DNA from: Gammaproteobacteria bacterium
GTDB lineage: Bacteria > Pseudomonadota > Gammaproteobacteria > CAJXQU01
Length of the DNA stretch: 64,000 bases
Direction: 5' to 3'
Assembly (NCBI GenBank): GCA_965238175.1
Contig: CBDEGZ010000003.1
Span: 2,912,001 to 2,976,000, forward strand
In this document: one piece after another, positions 43,365-55,629 of the stretch
How positions within the stretch are numbered: position 1 is the first letter of the stretch
Layout of the letters: the number at the start of each line of letters is the position of its first letter
The notes under the pieces: model-generated
Databases searched by the model: none
Told to the model about the DNA's origin: nothing
The model's input: only the letters and a program-made list of their open reading frames with translations
Program-made: the position numbers and the translations under genes

Positions 43365-44315
43365 ATGAAAAATAATAATCCTATCGAATATTCTCTGATT
43401 ATTCCTGTTTATAATAATGAAGAAAACTTGCCGCATTTATTTAGTGCAATTACTGAATTCAGTTCTAAATATAAAGATAATTTTGAAACTGTTTTTGTCG
43501 TAGATGGCTCTCCTGATCATTCTTATCAATTGTTACTTTCTAAGTTAGATGATTTACCTTTTCGTTCACAACTGGTTTTGCATAGCCGTAACTTTGGTGC
43601 ATTTACAGCAATACGCACAGGAATGGAGCATGCTGAAGGCGAATATATTGCGGTCATGGCCGCAGACTTACAGGAACCGATAAACTTGATCGAAACTTTT
43701 TTTGATCATCTTTGCAAAGACAAATCCGATATTGTTTTTGGGAAACGAATTGAACGTGAAGATCCGCCTGTTCGAAAATTTCTGGCTAAATCTTATTGGA
43801 AGCTATATAGAAAATTTGTTTTGCCAGAGATACCTGAAGGAGGGGTTGATGTTTTCGCGTGTAATCGTACTGTATCAGAAACCATACTTTCGATAGAAGA
43901 ACCTAATAGTTCCTTAATCGCACAACTCTTCTGGGTTGGTTATAGACGTGATTTCATCCCATACGAAAGACAGGAGCGTCAACATGGCGAAAGCGCCTGG
44001 GGCCTGAGAAAAAGATTACGATACATGTTGGATAGTATTTTTTCTTATTCTGATCTTCCTATTATGGCGGTACTTTGGTTAGGAGCTTTTAGTTGTCTAA
44101 TTACTTTTTCTCTGGGATTCGTAACGCTGCTAGGAAAATTATTTGGCTTAATTGAAACACCAGGATATACAACCCTGATTTTGATCATATTATTTCTCTT
44201 TTCAATACTGCTTCTAACGCAAGGAATAATAGGCTGCTATCTATGGAGAGCATTTGAAAATACTAAAAAAAGACCTTTGAATATCATCATTAAAAAAATA
44301 ACAAATAATAAATAG
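43365..44315 (+). CDS. glycosyltransferase family 2 (GtrB/ArnC-like)
   Basis: IPVYN, DGSPD, SRNFG, AADLQEP; two C-terminal TMs. Confidence 0.88.
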   Translation: MKNNNPIEYSLIIPVYNNEENLPHLFSAITEFSSKYKDNFETVFVVDGSPDHSYQLLLSKLDDLPFRSQLVLHSRNFGAFTAIRTGMEHAEGEYIAVMAADLQEPINLIETFFDHLCKDKSDIVFGKRIEREDPPVRKFLAKSYWKLYRKFVLPEIPEGGVDVFACNRTVSETILSIEEPNSSLIAQLFWVGYRRDFIPYERQERQHGESAWGLRKRLRYMLDSIFSYSDLPIMAVLWLGAFSCLITFSLGFVTLLGKLFGLIETPGYTTLILIILFLFSILLLTQGIIGCYLWRAFENTKKRPLNIIIKKITNNK

Positions 44316-44320
44316 AATCT

Positions 44321-44770
44321 ATGCTTTTTAATTCAAACATTATTACAAAAACATCACTTAATATCGGTTTTTGTGAATTGTGGCCGCTGCCCAATTTTGA
44401 AGATATTCGCGGTGACTTGATGGTGACAGAATTTTCGAATGATTTACCTTTTCAGCCTCAACGACTATTTATTGTCCATAGTGTTCCAAACAGTAAACTA
44501 AGAGGAGAGCATGCACATAAAGCTTGTCATCAATTTCTAATCGCAATACGTGGAGAAATAAAAGTCATTGTCGATGACGGTGAGAATAAAGCAGAAATCT
44601 GTTTAGACAGACCTTCAATTGGTCTATACATGCCAGCTAATATTTGGGGGGTTCAACATAGTTTTTCGAAAGGTTCTATGCTGTTGGTGTATGCATCACA
44701 TCCGTATGATCCTGATGATTACATTCGTGATTATGGTGAATTCAAAGATTATGTTAGACGATCAAATTAA
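44321..44770 (+). CDS. sugar 3,4-ketoisomerase (FdtA/QdtA cupin)
   Basis: DIRGDL, RGEHAH, HQFL, ASHPYD..DYIRDY. Confidence 0.88.
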   Translation: MLFNSNIITKTSLNIGFCELWPLPNFEDIRGDLMVTEFSNDLPFQPQRLFIVHSVPNSKLRGEHAHKACHQFLIAIRGEIKVIVDDGENKAEICLDRPSIGLYMPANIWGVQHSFSKGSMLLVYASHPYDPDDYIRDYGEFKDYVRRSN

Positions 44771-45302
44771 ATCTGGGATTGAAAAACTCAGAAGTAAAAC
44801 TATTAAGTTAAGACTGGTAGAAGAGCAAGATGCAAAATTCATTCTGTCCTTACGGCTTGATCAACGCTATAACGCCTTTCTTTCTACTGTGGACAATGAT
44901 CTTACAAAACAACAAGCCTGGATAAGAAAATACAAATTATCTGAAAATTCAGGGACGCAATATTACTTCATAATAGAACGTCATGATAACACCGCTTGTG
45001 GAACCGTTAGAATATACGACTTACAAAAGCACTCATTTAGTTGGGGAAGTTGGATCCTGAATGAAAATAAAACACAGTTTTCAGCTATTGAAACAGCGCT
45101 TCTAGTCTATAAGTTTGGGTTTGAAATACTGGCATATACCAAATCGCACTTCGAGGTTTTAAAAGAAAATAAACCTGTGATCTCATTCCATAATAAATTG
45201 GGTTCTAAAAAAATATCCGCAGACGAGAATTACTATTATTTTAGTTTCCATAAGAAAACCTATCAGGAAAAAGTAAAAGAATTTGCTCGGTTTATAACGT
45301 GA
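44751..45302 (+). CDS. GNAT-family N-acetyltransferase
   Basis: LRLVEEQDAKFILSLR, GTVRIYD, WGSWI, N..VISFH; start moved to ATG 44751. Confidence 0.8.
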   Translation: MLDDQIKSGIEKLRSKTIKLRLVEEQDAKFILSLRLDQRYNAFLSTVDNDLTKQQAWIRKYKLSENSGTQYYFIIERHDNTACGTVRIYDLQKHSFSWGSWILNENKTQFSAIETALLVYKFGFEILAYTKSHFEVLKENKPVISFHNKLGSKKISADENYYYFSFHKKTYQEKVKEFARFIT

Positions 45303-45306
45303 CCTA

Positions 45307-45732
45307 ATGACAAACAAAGATCTAAGTAATCAAAGCATTATTTCTGATGCATTAAGGTTTATTGGGGTTGGCGGAATAAATACGCTTTTCACAATCATTC
45401 TGTACCAAATTTTACTCACTTTTCTGACACATCAGTACGCTTATAGCCTTAGTTGGTTATCAGGGTTTATCTTTCTTATGATCGTTTATCCATCAAAAGT
45501 TTTCATTGGTGGAATGACTACCCAAAAAAGAAAATTGTTGATGGCGATATTATATCTATTGATCTTTATTGTTAGCTTGTGGTTTTTAGATTTCTTAGTT
45601 GCATTACAAATTCATAAACGACTAGCGATTTTTATTGTTATTATTTTTTCAAGTCTTCTTAACTTTTTTCTAATACGTCGTATCTTGAGAGATCATTTCG
45701 TCCCTGCATCTATCAAAGATCCCACCAATTAA
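45307..45732 (+). CDS. GtrA-family flippase
   Basis: RFIGVGGINT; four TMs in 141 aa. Confidence 0.85.
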   Translation: MTNKDLSNQSIISDALRFIGVGGINTLFTIILYQILLTFLTHQYAYSLSWLSGFIFLMIVYPSKVFIGGMTTQKRKLLMAILYLLIFIVSLWFLDFLVALQIHKRLAIFIVIIFSSLLNFFLIRRILRDHFVPASIKDPTN

Positions 45733-45772
45733 CTTAAACGCGCGACATAGATTTTATCGGCTTATTATAAGA

Positions 45773-45798
45773 AAAAAGCGGCTAAATAGCCGCTTTTT
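45773..45798. terminator. bidirectional terminator
   Basis: AAAAAGCGGCTA-AA-TAGCCGCTTTTT between convergent gtrA and rplS. Confidence 0.88.
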
Positions 45799-45826
45799 GA
45801 TACATCATTTAACCATGATGGGAGTT

Positions 45827-46480
45827 CTATTCTCGGCCACCGTCCAATTCATCTTGCCATTTCTTCAGCTCATCCCATTTTCCATCACGAGCCATTTCTG
45901 ACTGTGCTGGCCATGTTTCCGGATCGTGTGAAGCAAATTGACCTCCCGCAGCAGAAAGAATCTCTCTAATCGCATCAGGCGATGTACCCGCAAGATCAGC
46001 AAACGTGTTAATGCCATCATCCTGCAACAATTGACTTATTTTTGGACCAATTCCTTCGATCTTAGTTAGATCATCCGACGATACTTCAACTGGGGCTGAT
46101 GCAGCTTTTGCAGTTTTGTTAACTGCTTTTATGCCACCAATTTTTTCTTTGATTCGTGCTGCTTTACCACGTAATGCACGCATGTAATAAAGTTTTGCTC
46201 GTCGAACATCACCACGACGCTTAACCGTAATTTGATCAACAAGTGGGCTGTAAGTTTGAAATACACGTTCAACACCTTCGCCATGTGAAATTTTACGAAC
46301 CGTAAATGCAGAATTAAGACCTCGGTTTTTCTTCGCTATTACGACACCCTCAAAAGCTTGTAAGCGTTCTCGCTCACCTTCTTTTACTTTCACCTGCACA
46401 ATTACAGTATCTCCAGGACCAAACTCTGGAATTTCTTTAGTCATTTGTGCAGCTTCAAGTTCCTGAATTATGTTGCTCAT
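45827..46480 (-). CDS. rplS: 50S ribosomal protein L19 with C-terminal helix-hairpin-helix extension
   Basis: L19 core (FGPGDTV, RLQAFEG, GVERVF, RRAKLYY) followed by [12 protein letters not shown]...WPAQ...GKWDEL; start ATG 46480. Confidence 0.93.
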   Translation of the reverse strand: MSNIIQELEAAQMTKEIPEFGPGDTVIVQVKVKEGERERLQAFEGVVIAKKNRGLNSAFTVRKISHGEGVERVFQTYSPLVDQITVKRRGDVRRAKLYYMRALRGKAARIKEKIGGIKAVNKTAKAASAPVEVSSDDLTKIEGIGPKISQLLQDDGINTFADLAGTSPDAIREILSAAGGQFASHDPETWPAQSEMARDGKWDELKKWQDELDGGRE

Positions 46481-46484
46481 TTTT

Positions 46485-47237
46485 TTACTCCAAATCAGGG
46501 AGGGTTTGCTCCCGTATAAACTCATCTAATAAATTTTGTTCTTCTGCGGTTAAAACCCGATCTGTCAATAAGTCCGGTCGTCTTAACCATGTTCTTCCTA
46601 ACGCCTGTTTCAATCGCCAGGTTTTAATCTCTGCATGATTGCCACCCAATAATACTACCGGCACGTTCTCATCGTCAGGCCGTGTGTAATGCGGATAATC
46701 CAACAAGCCGTCGAAAAACGAATCTTCACTGGCTGAATCTTCATGCCCCAATGTTCCAGGGATCATTCTGATCAAACCATCAATCACGACCATTGCCGCC
46801 AATTCGCCACCACTGATGACATAATCACCAATTGACCATTCTTCATCAATGCTCTGTTGCAGCACTCGTTCGTCTATACCTTCGTAACGCCCCGATACCA
46901 GGATCAAATTTTCATGATCCAACAATTCTTTTAACCCATTTTGATCAAGCTTTCTTCCTTGAGGTGTCAGGCATATTTTGTGAACCTTCTTCCCATTCTG
47001 ATCAAAATTTTGACTTGCGGCAATTATTGCATCCTGCAATGGCTGCATCGCCATTACCATACCAGGACCACCACCATAAGGTCGATCATCCACACTACGG
47101 TGTACGTCTTTCGTATAATCTCTAGGATTATAAAATTCCAGCTCAAGTAGTCTATTACTTATACTGCGCCTGGTGATACCGTGTTCAGTTATGGCATCAA
47201 ACATTTGCGGAAACAAAGTAACAACGCTAATTTTCAC
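46485..47237 (-). CDS. trmD: tRNA (guanine37-N1)-methyltransferase
   Basis: [31 protein letters not shown]. Confidence 0.97.
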   Translation of the reverse strand: MKISVVTLFPQMFDAITEHGITRRSISNRLLELEFYNPRDYTKDVHRSVDDRPYGGGPGMVMAMQPLQDAIIAASQNFDQNGKKVHKICLTPQGRKLDQNGLKELLDHENLILVSGRYEGIDERVLQQSIDEEWSIGDYVISGGELAAMVVIDGLIRMIPGTLGHEDSASEDSFFDGLLDYPHYTRPDDENVPVVLLGGNHAEIKTWRLKQALGRTWLRRPDLLTDRVLTAEEQNLLDEFIREQTLPDLE

Positions 47238-47257
47238 GATTTAACTTTACGATTTTG

Positions 47258-47773
47258 TTACGTTGAATAATCCTGCTGCCAGTCCACTTCAATTGTACCG
47301 GCTTCTATATCCACCTTCAGTATGTATACCTCAGAGACATATGGAATCAAATGCTGCTGCTGATCATCTTTTACGACCATCACATCATGAGCATTTGTTT
47401 CCAAAAGCTCCGCGACCCTTCCAAAAGACTCACCTGAGGAATTGATCACTTTTAGTCCAATCAAATCAGACCAGTAAAACTCATTGTCTGTTGTCTCTGG
47501 CAGCTGCTCGGGTTTAATCCCTATTTTACAGTTAACTAATAATTCTGCCTGTTCACGATCACTCAGGTTTTCAAACTGAGCTGCAAGACCTTTCCCTTGT
47601 TGTCTTGCAGATACCACTTTGTATTCTCGCCAACCTTCACGCGTTTGAAACCAAAGAGGGCTATAACTAAAAATATTTTCTCTTGGCCGAGTATCTGAAA
47701 AAACTTTTACCCAGCCTTTTACTCCAAATACTCCGTTTATATAGCCAAGATGAATGAACCCATCTTCAGCCAT
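47258..47773 (-). CDS. rimM: ribosome maturation factor RimM
   Basis: GVFGVKGWVKV, EFYWSDLIGL; operon context. Confidence 0.95.
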   Translation of the reverse strand: MAEDGFIHLGYINGVFGVKGWVKVFSDTRPRENIFSYSPLWFQTREGWREYKVVSARQQGKGLAAQFENLSDREQAELLVNCKIGIKPEQLPETTDNEFYWSDLIGLKVINSSGESFGRVAELLETNAHDVMVVKDDQQQHLIPYVSEVYILKVDIEAGTIEVDWQQDYST

Positions 47774-47794
47774 TAATCAGTAAATTCTGTCGAG

Positions 47795-48043
47795 TTATAC
47801 TGCAACTGAATTATTTTTGATCAATTTTGCAACAGTCTCACTCGGCTGCGCACCTTGAGAAATCCAATGCTGTACTCTTTCACTATCCATCCTGAGTGTT
47901 TCTTCTTGCCCAGAAGCACTTGGGTTGAAAAAACCAAGTCGTTCAATATAACGACCATCACGTTTGTTACGGCCATCGGCAACAACAATATGATAGAAAG
48001 GACGTTTTTTTGCACCACCGCGTGCAAGTCGAATTTTGACCAT
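47795..48043 (-). CDS. rpsP: 30S ribosomal protein S16
   Basis: [17 protein letters not shown]. Confidence 0.98.
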   Translation of the reverse strand: MVKIRLARGGAKKRPFYHIVVADGRNKRDGRYIERLGFFNPSASGQEETLRMDSERVQHWISQGAQPSETVAKLIKNNSVAV

Positions 48044-48153
48044 TGTATTTATATTCTCGTTTGTATAATCTTATAAGGATAGACAGCAGATTGTGCTGTA
48101 ATCACAGTAAAGTCGCGTATTCTAAGGGAAAACCAACCTAAAAGGAAAGACTT

Positions 48154-48732
48154 TTGAACGATCAAAACCTGATTTTTAATCAAAAAATACAACTCAGAGA
48201 AATATTAAAAAAGAAACGGGCTGAAATAAGCAACTCTGAAAAGACATATTTTTCAAAAATCATTACTGATCATCTACTTAGCTTAGAGCAACTAAAAAAA
48301 GCAGAGACTGTATTCGCTTACATTTCATATTCCACTGAGGTTGAAACACATCAATTAATACAAAGCTTATTAGCTAGCGGAAAAAAAGTACTTGTACCAA
48401 AAATAATTGATTCTCAGGTAATGCACTCACAACAGCTAAATAATTGGGCAGAACTCAAGCCCGGAAAATTAGGCATTCTCACACCCGGTAAAGGTGAAAT
48501 TTACACATTACCGATTGACGTCGCCATTACGCCTGGTCTCGGTTTTACGTTAGAAGGACATCGTATTGGTTTTGGAGCAGGTTATTATGATCGCTGGTTC
48601 TCAAGTCATAAAGTTAAATTAAAAATAGCCATCGCATTTGAAAAACAAATCATAGAATCCTTACCTATCGAAGAAACTGACGTAGCCATTGACGTACTAC
48701 TAACTGAAAAGAGATTCATAACAGTAAAGTAA
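48154..48732 (+). CDS. 5-formyltetrahydrofolate cyclo-ligase
   Basis: PGLGF...RIGFGAGYYDR. Confidence 0.92.
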   Translation: MNDQNLIFNQKIQLREILKKKRAEISNSEKTYFSKIITDHLLSLEQLKKAETVFAYISYSTEVETHQLIQSLLASGKKVLVPKIIDSQVMHSQQLNNWAELKPGKLGILTPGKGEIYTLPIDVAITPGLGFTLEGHRIGFGAGYYDRWFSSHKVKLKIAIAFEKQIIESLPIEETDVAIDVLLTEKRFITVK

Positions 48733-48822
48733 GTTTAATTACAATGTGCATATTTGAGTTCCGTGATATGCCCTCGTGTAAACGCGAAAAGTTGATAGAG
48801 TTAGATTTTCTTAGTTACACTG

Positions 48823-49059
48823 AACTCGAACTCGTGGTAAGTATCTAGCCTTGCTGTATATGGAAAACGCGGCATCTACAAAAATTTCGTTTCTGGAATT
48901 CAGCATCCTGAGATCGTCAGGATGACCATTTTACATTGTAATCCTGTGCTTTATGAAAGATCACAATATCGAAGCCATCTATTCAGGCGACAGCGATCAG
49001 GCGATAACGAAGAATTAACTCGAATGGATAAACTATTTTTCTTATTCTGAGTTCGGCTT
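48823..49059. repeat. degenerate MITE-like repeat
   Basis: Ends AACTCGAACTCGTGGTAAG / rc AAGCCGAACTCAGAATAAG; internal CATCCTGA-GATCG-TCAGGATG hairpin; core shared with 52006-52234. Confidence 0.6.
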
Positions 49060-49061
49060 AA

Positions 49062-50048
49062 TCAAATATCTTTGAGTATTTCTTTGCGCTTAAGTTGATA
49101 CTCTTCCTCAGAAATCAATCCTTTATTTTTCAATGCTTTAAGTGTTCCCAACCTTTCTTCCAGAGACTGCTCCTGTCCGTTGTTATTCATTTGGTTCATC
49201 TGTTTTCGCATACGAGCCATCTCTGCTCTCATTTCACGACGCTCTTTACTGATTTTGGCTTTTTCTTTCGTAGATGTTCCAGAGGCAGTGTCTTCACCCA
49301 GAATAGCTCTTAATTCCTTTCTTTTTTCATCAAGCTCATCTTTCTCCTGTGTTTTAGCTATCGTAACGGCTGTTTCAGCAGCCTTTTGAACATCAACTAC
49401 AAACCAGTTATTTCTGACTAAACCTTCATACTTTTTGTTTTCAATTCCTGCAACTTCCTTTAATACCTTTTTATATTTTTTTGACTTCTTAGTTCGATAA
49501 CCATGATTAAAGTGATAAGCAACGATCCCGACGTGGGTTGGATCATATGCAGCTTCATAACCCTCCAGCCGAGGTCTATTATAGTCACCTATAATGATAT
49601 TTAAATTACCCTCTTTATAAAAAACTCTACCCGCAATAAAATATTGATCGGTTTTCAAACCGAAAAAACGACTGGCATTTCTTTTCAATGCAAAAACAAT
49701 ATCTTGCTCAGGGGTGGCTGTTTCCAAACCAGAAGCCAGATGTTTTGCCAGCAAATTCATCTGCAATTGTGTGAAAAGTGTTTCTTGCTCTTCTGCTTGA
49801 TTTTTATCAGAAACTTTAATCAAACTGAGCGCTTTTTCTAGTTCTTCCTTTGCAAAGCTAACTGGTTGATCATTTTCTCCCAGCGAGTCATTATCCAATT
49901 TCGCATATTTGAAATAAACATTTTTACCAGCCTCCCAAATTACTTCTTCTTCGTTTTCCCAAAAAAAGTCTATAGAAAAGGCGCTATTAGGTAACAGTAA
50001 AAGAAAACAAAAAATTAGTTTGACTAGTTGACTATTATACTTTTTCAT
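49062..50048 (-). CDS. secreted SHOCT domain-containing protein
   Basis: Signal peptide; coiled coil; C-terminal LKNKGLISEEEYQLKRKEIL. Confidence 0.8.
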   Translation of the reverse strand: MKKYNSQLVKLIFCFLLLLPNSAFSIDFFWENEEEVIWEAGKNVYFKYAKLDNDSLGENDQPVSFAKEELEKALSLIKVSDKNQAEEQETLFTQLQMNLLAKHLASGLETATPEQDIVFALKRNASRFFGLKTDQYFIAGRVFYKEGNLNIIIGDYNRPRLEGYEAAYDPTHVGIVAYHFNHGYRTKKSKKYKKVLKEVAGIENKKYEGLVRNNWFVVDVQKAAETAVTIAKTQEKDELDEKRKELRAILGEDTASGTSTKEKAKISKERREMRAEMARMRKQMNQMNNNGQEQSLEERLGTLKALKNKGLISEEEYQLKRKEILKDI

Positions 50049-50363
50049 AAATTGTAAGGTTTGATTTGCATTAAAATTTTATTTGTATTATGTGAATATT
50101 ACTCATAATTTGAGGCGAGTTTACTATAAAATAAATTCATCTATTGAAGGCACCTCAATAACTTCAAATTAATCGTTATATCCCAAGTATGACAATAATT
50201 TCGAAGAGAAATTCAAATTAAATGATCAGGATCCTCTGATTAATTCTGTATGAAATAGACTGACAATCACATTATCCAAAATCAAGTCACAAACAATATA
50301 ATAGGTTTAATGATTATAATACACATACTTAGGCCTCGATTGAATACTAAGTTAGATTTTCAT

Positions 50364-50391
50364 AAAAAAAGCCTCCGAAGAGGCTTTTTTT
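50364..50391. terminator. terminator downstream of the porin gene
   Basis: AAAAAAAGCCTC-CGAA-GAGGCTTTTTTT. Confidence 0.88.
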
Positions 50392-50427
50392 GTTCTAAAT
50401 AGAACGACTACTTCATCAAAATAAACT

Positions 50428-51762
50428 TTAGAAGAAATAAGTCAGACCCAAACTAAAGATGTCAAGATCTTCACCATCATCAAACAGGTTCTCTACAGCA
50501 GCATTACTACCATCAACGTCAAGACTCAGATTTTCATATGCACCATAGATGATCAACTTACTACCGAAATATTGATCAACCGAAAAGCCTACACGCTGTA
50601 CTTCTGAACCAGTGACTATACCACCAGAACCATCAATCCTGGGAGTAGGGCCTCTAGCAGTTAAACCTGTAACGGCCGCACTGTCATTTATATTACCATA
50701 TTGATCTTCGTACTGACCATATTGGAATGAAAACGCAGTATCACCAAATCCAGTAAAGTTTCTCTTGATACCAATCTTAGTCCACCATGCATCAGTATCA
50801 TCACCAAAACCAGCAACACCATCTTCAGTTTCTTCTTGTTGGTATGCAAGCGTACCGAATACACCACTGTCAGGATCCATCAAACCAAACTGGATTTGGA
50901 AATTATCAGATCCATCACCTACAACAATACTGTTACCTAACGCATCGGTGGTATTAACACCACCATCGGCATTATAGGCATAGCCACCATGTACATTAGC
51001 AATCAAACCACCGATTTGACCACTATATTTAATAGCGATATCAAATACATCATCATTTGCATAGCCAACAGCAACACTAACCGGACCAAAAGCAGGCAGG
51101 TCATAACGAATACCATTTCTATATATACCGTTACAATCAAGACCAATACCACCAGCACCACTAAGCCCAGGGGCAGTTAAACACTCTAAGAAATCGCCCC
51201 ATACAGCATTATTACTGTCCTCAGGAGGAGTTACAAAACCCGGAGTCTCTGGAAGATCACCAGTATCACGAACAAAGAAACCATTACCACGGAACACAGG
51301 CGATATAGATGACCATAGTGTCAATGAAGGATCCGCCAATACAGCAATATTATCAGTAGGCATACTTTGTAAACCGAATGTCAATTTACCCCAGGCACCA
51401 CCAACATTAAGGCTACTGCCTAATACACCAATGTCTCCACCGTTGAACGTCTCAATAGTATCTTGATTAGAGAAAATCAGAGGTGTATTACTTGACAGTG
51501 GTTCTAAAATAACTTCGAAACCCGCTGTCAAACCTGTACCTGCCAGAGGCGTCGAACCTGAGAGTGTAATACGGCTACCCAATGTTGTACCGTTATCGGA
51601 TACCTGTGAGATATCGCTTTGATCGCCATCATCCCAATAGATTGCGCTTTCATTAATCCAACCCGAGATCCCCCAGGATGCTTCTTCAGCACTTGCTAAA
51701 GGAGAAACCATGCCAGCTGCAGCAAGCATACACGCCCCTTTTATAATTCTGTTTCTGTTCAT
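50428..51762 (-). CDS. outer-membrane porin
   Basis: Signal peptide; SRITLSGS, AGFEVILE, IRYDLPAFG; amphipathic strands; C-terminal Phe. Confidence 0.85.
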   Translation of the reverse strand: MNRNRIIKGACMLAAAGMVSPLASAEEASWGISGWINESAIYWDDGDQSDISQVSDNGTTLGSRITLSGSTPLAGTGLTAGFEVILEPLSSNTPLIFSNQDTIETFNGGDIGVLGSSLNVGGAWGKLTFGLQSMPTDNIAVLADPSLTLWSSISPVFRGNGFFVRDTGDLPETPGFVTPPEDSNNAVWGDFLECLTAPGLSGAGGIGLDCNGIYRNGIRYDLPAFGPVSVAVGYANDDVFDIAIKYSGQIGGLIANVHGGYAYNADGGVNTTDALGNSIVVGDGSDNFQIQFGLMDPDSGVFGTLAYQQEETEDGVAGFGDDTDAWWTKIGIKRNFTGFGDTAFSFQYGQYEDQYGNINDSAAVTGLTARGPTPRIDGSGGIVTGSEVQRVGFSVDQYFGSKLIIYGAYENLSLDVDGSNAAVENLFDDGEDLDIFSLGLTYFF

Positions 51763-52005
51763 TTCATTAGTCTCCTAAATTTTAGAGTTATACTAAGTTG
51801 TTGTACCCCACCCAAACTAACTATTACAGCTACACTACAAAACAGCGGCTCCAGCAACTGACGCTAATATACAACAATCACACTCTTCCCAGCAAGTATT
51901 TATATTAAAAATACAACAAATATATTGGCTTTTAATTATTTTATGCATAAAAACAACAAATTTACCGTGCCTTTGGTACTCAATTCATTGGCTACCCCTC
52001 CAATA

Positions 52006-52234
52006 TACCCAAAATCAGTAATAAAAATTGTGCCTTTAATATTTAAAGATAGTAAAGCTTAGGTAATGCAAGACTTCACTTGTAAGCCATGATCTCTCCA
52101 GAAGAAGTCAGGATGACCGTTTTGTGCTGTAAACCCCAGTTTTATATTGAACGCCAATGTCGAGAGTTCTCAATTGACAGTTAACTTATTGAAGTTAACA
52201 GGTGGAAGATTTTCCTTGATTCTGGGTTCGGTTT
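52006..52234. repeat. degenerate MITE-like repeat
   Basis: Right end rc AAACCGAACCCAGAATCAAG; 57-bp core starting GTCAGGATGACC aligns ungapped with 48916-48972 (38/57 identical by eye). Confidence 0.6.
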
Positions 52235-52523
52235 GATCTTCTGTTATTTTTAAAGACTGATAACCCCTTCTATGGATAAGGCTAAACTTCGCCTTAACCT
52301 AAACAATACCTGTTTTCCAACCTAAGAGTATCATTCTCTAAATATTTCAGATATTTTATGTTGTTTTTCTACAACAGTGTGCTTGTCAAAAATTTTATAG
52401 TTTGTTTTTAGTTTTATTTCTAACTGACTGCTTATAGGAAAATTTCTTAATGCAGTTTATTTTTAGCAAGAATAGAATGGAATCAAATATGCACTACACT
52501 ATCTATTATATGGGGTACCGTAC

Positions 52524-53510
52524 ATGAAAAACTTATTATCCACCATTGCACTATTTACTTTTATTTCTCAGCCTGTCATGGCAGAGCCGACGAATAGAAT
52601 TTTCGTTACTAACGAAAAAGGTGGTTCAGTCAGTGTTATTAATAGTCAAACAAATGTCGTTGAAACTACGATCGAAGTAGGTGCTCAACCACGCGGAATT
52701 GGGTTATCTCCAGATGGTTCTGAGTTATATGTAGCGTTAGGTAAAGAAGACAAAATTATCGTTATTGATCCCGTCTCTTTGAAAGTACTCAAAGATCTTG
52801 ATTCTGGTGACGATCCAGAAGCGTTTGCTGTGCACCCAAATGGCAATCTTTATATTTCAAACGAAGAAGATAATATGGCGACGGTTCTGAACCCTGCTAC
52901 CGGTGAAACGATTACACAAATAAAAGTCGGTATTGAACCAGAAGGGGTTGCAGTCTCACCTGATGGATCACGCGTTATTGTCACTAGCGAATCTACAAAT
53001 ATGTTACATGTGATAAGTGTTCCAGAGCATGAAATCGTCGCAAACATCCTGGTTGGCTCACGTCCCCGCTCTGCGACATTTAATAAAGACGGCAGTTTTG
53101 CCTATACGGCAGCAGAGATCGGTGGTGAAGTTAAAAAGGTTGATATGGCCACAAACGAAGTCGTTAAAGTACTGAGCCTGACCGATGACAAGGCAAAACC
53201 TAAAGATGTATTACTTAGTAAAGACGAGAAGACCTTATACGTCGCGGCAGGCCGAGCCAATGCGGTATTTGCACTTGATGCAGAATCATTAGAGATAAAA
53301 ACTAAAATTCCTGTGGGTAAACGGGTTTGGGGGTTGGCACTTAATGATGATGGCAGTCGGCTATATTCCACAAACGGGGTCAGCGGTACAATTTCAGTCA
53401 TAGACACAACGACCAATACCGTTATTACAAATATAGAAGTCGGCAAATTCCCATGGGGGGTGGTGGTTGATGATGCCCGATCAACATCCGATTGTGAAAA
53501 AACAAAATAA
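52524..53510 (+). CDS. YVTN/YncE-type beta-propeller, PQQ-catabolism-associated-like
   Basis: Signal peptide; FVTNEK, PRGIGLSPDG, VGIEPEGVAVSPDG repeats. Confidence 0.82.
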   Translation: MKNLLSTIALFTFISQPVMAEPTNRIFVTNEKGGSVSVINSQTNVVETTIEVGAQPRGIGLSPDGSELYVALGKEDKIIVIDPVSLKVLKDLDSGDDPEAFAVHPNGNLYISNEEDNMATVLNPATGETITQIKVGIEPEGVAVSPDGSRVIVTSESTNMLHVISVPEHEIVANILVGSRPRSATFNKDGSFAYTAAEIGGEVKKVDMATNEVVKVLSLTDDKAKPKDVLLSKDEKTLYVAAGRANAVFALDAESLEIKTKIPVGKRVWGLALNDDGSRLYSTNGVSGTISVIDTTTNTVITNIEVGKFPWGVVVDDARSTSDCEKTK

Positions 53511-53556
53511 CTGTTTTTTTAATCAACTAATAATCGATCAAAATACTATTCTAGTT

Positions 53557-55470
<1,914 letters not shown>

Positions 55471-55629
55471 TTATTAATATTAATTATGCAGCGATGTTAT
55501 ATCAGAACAATTCTTAATATCCCAGCAAATATTGCATTTAAAGAAAAACCTATCTCACTTAATGTAACTTATTTTCTTCTACGGTATGATGATCTTTCCA
55601 CTAATTATTATAAAAAAAGGGGAACTAAA

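Noticed and set aside
45754-45780. Second GCCGATAA sigma-28 -10 element on the minus strand
   Set aside because: No TAAA at 15-bp spacing, and it points antisense into gtrA
48044-48153. 6S RNA (ssrS) upstream of the 5-formyl-THF cyclo-ligase
   Set aside because: The gap is only 110 bp, must hold the divergent rpsP promoter, and shows no long 6S-like duplex
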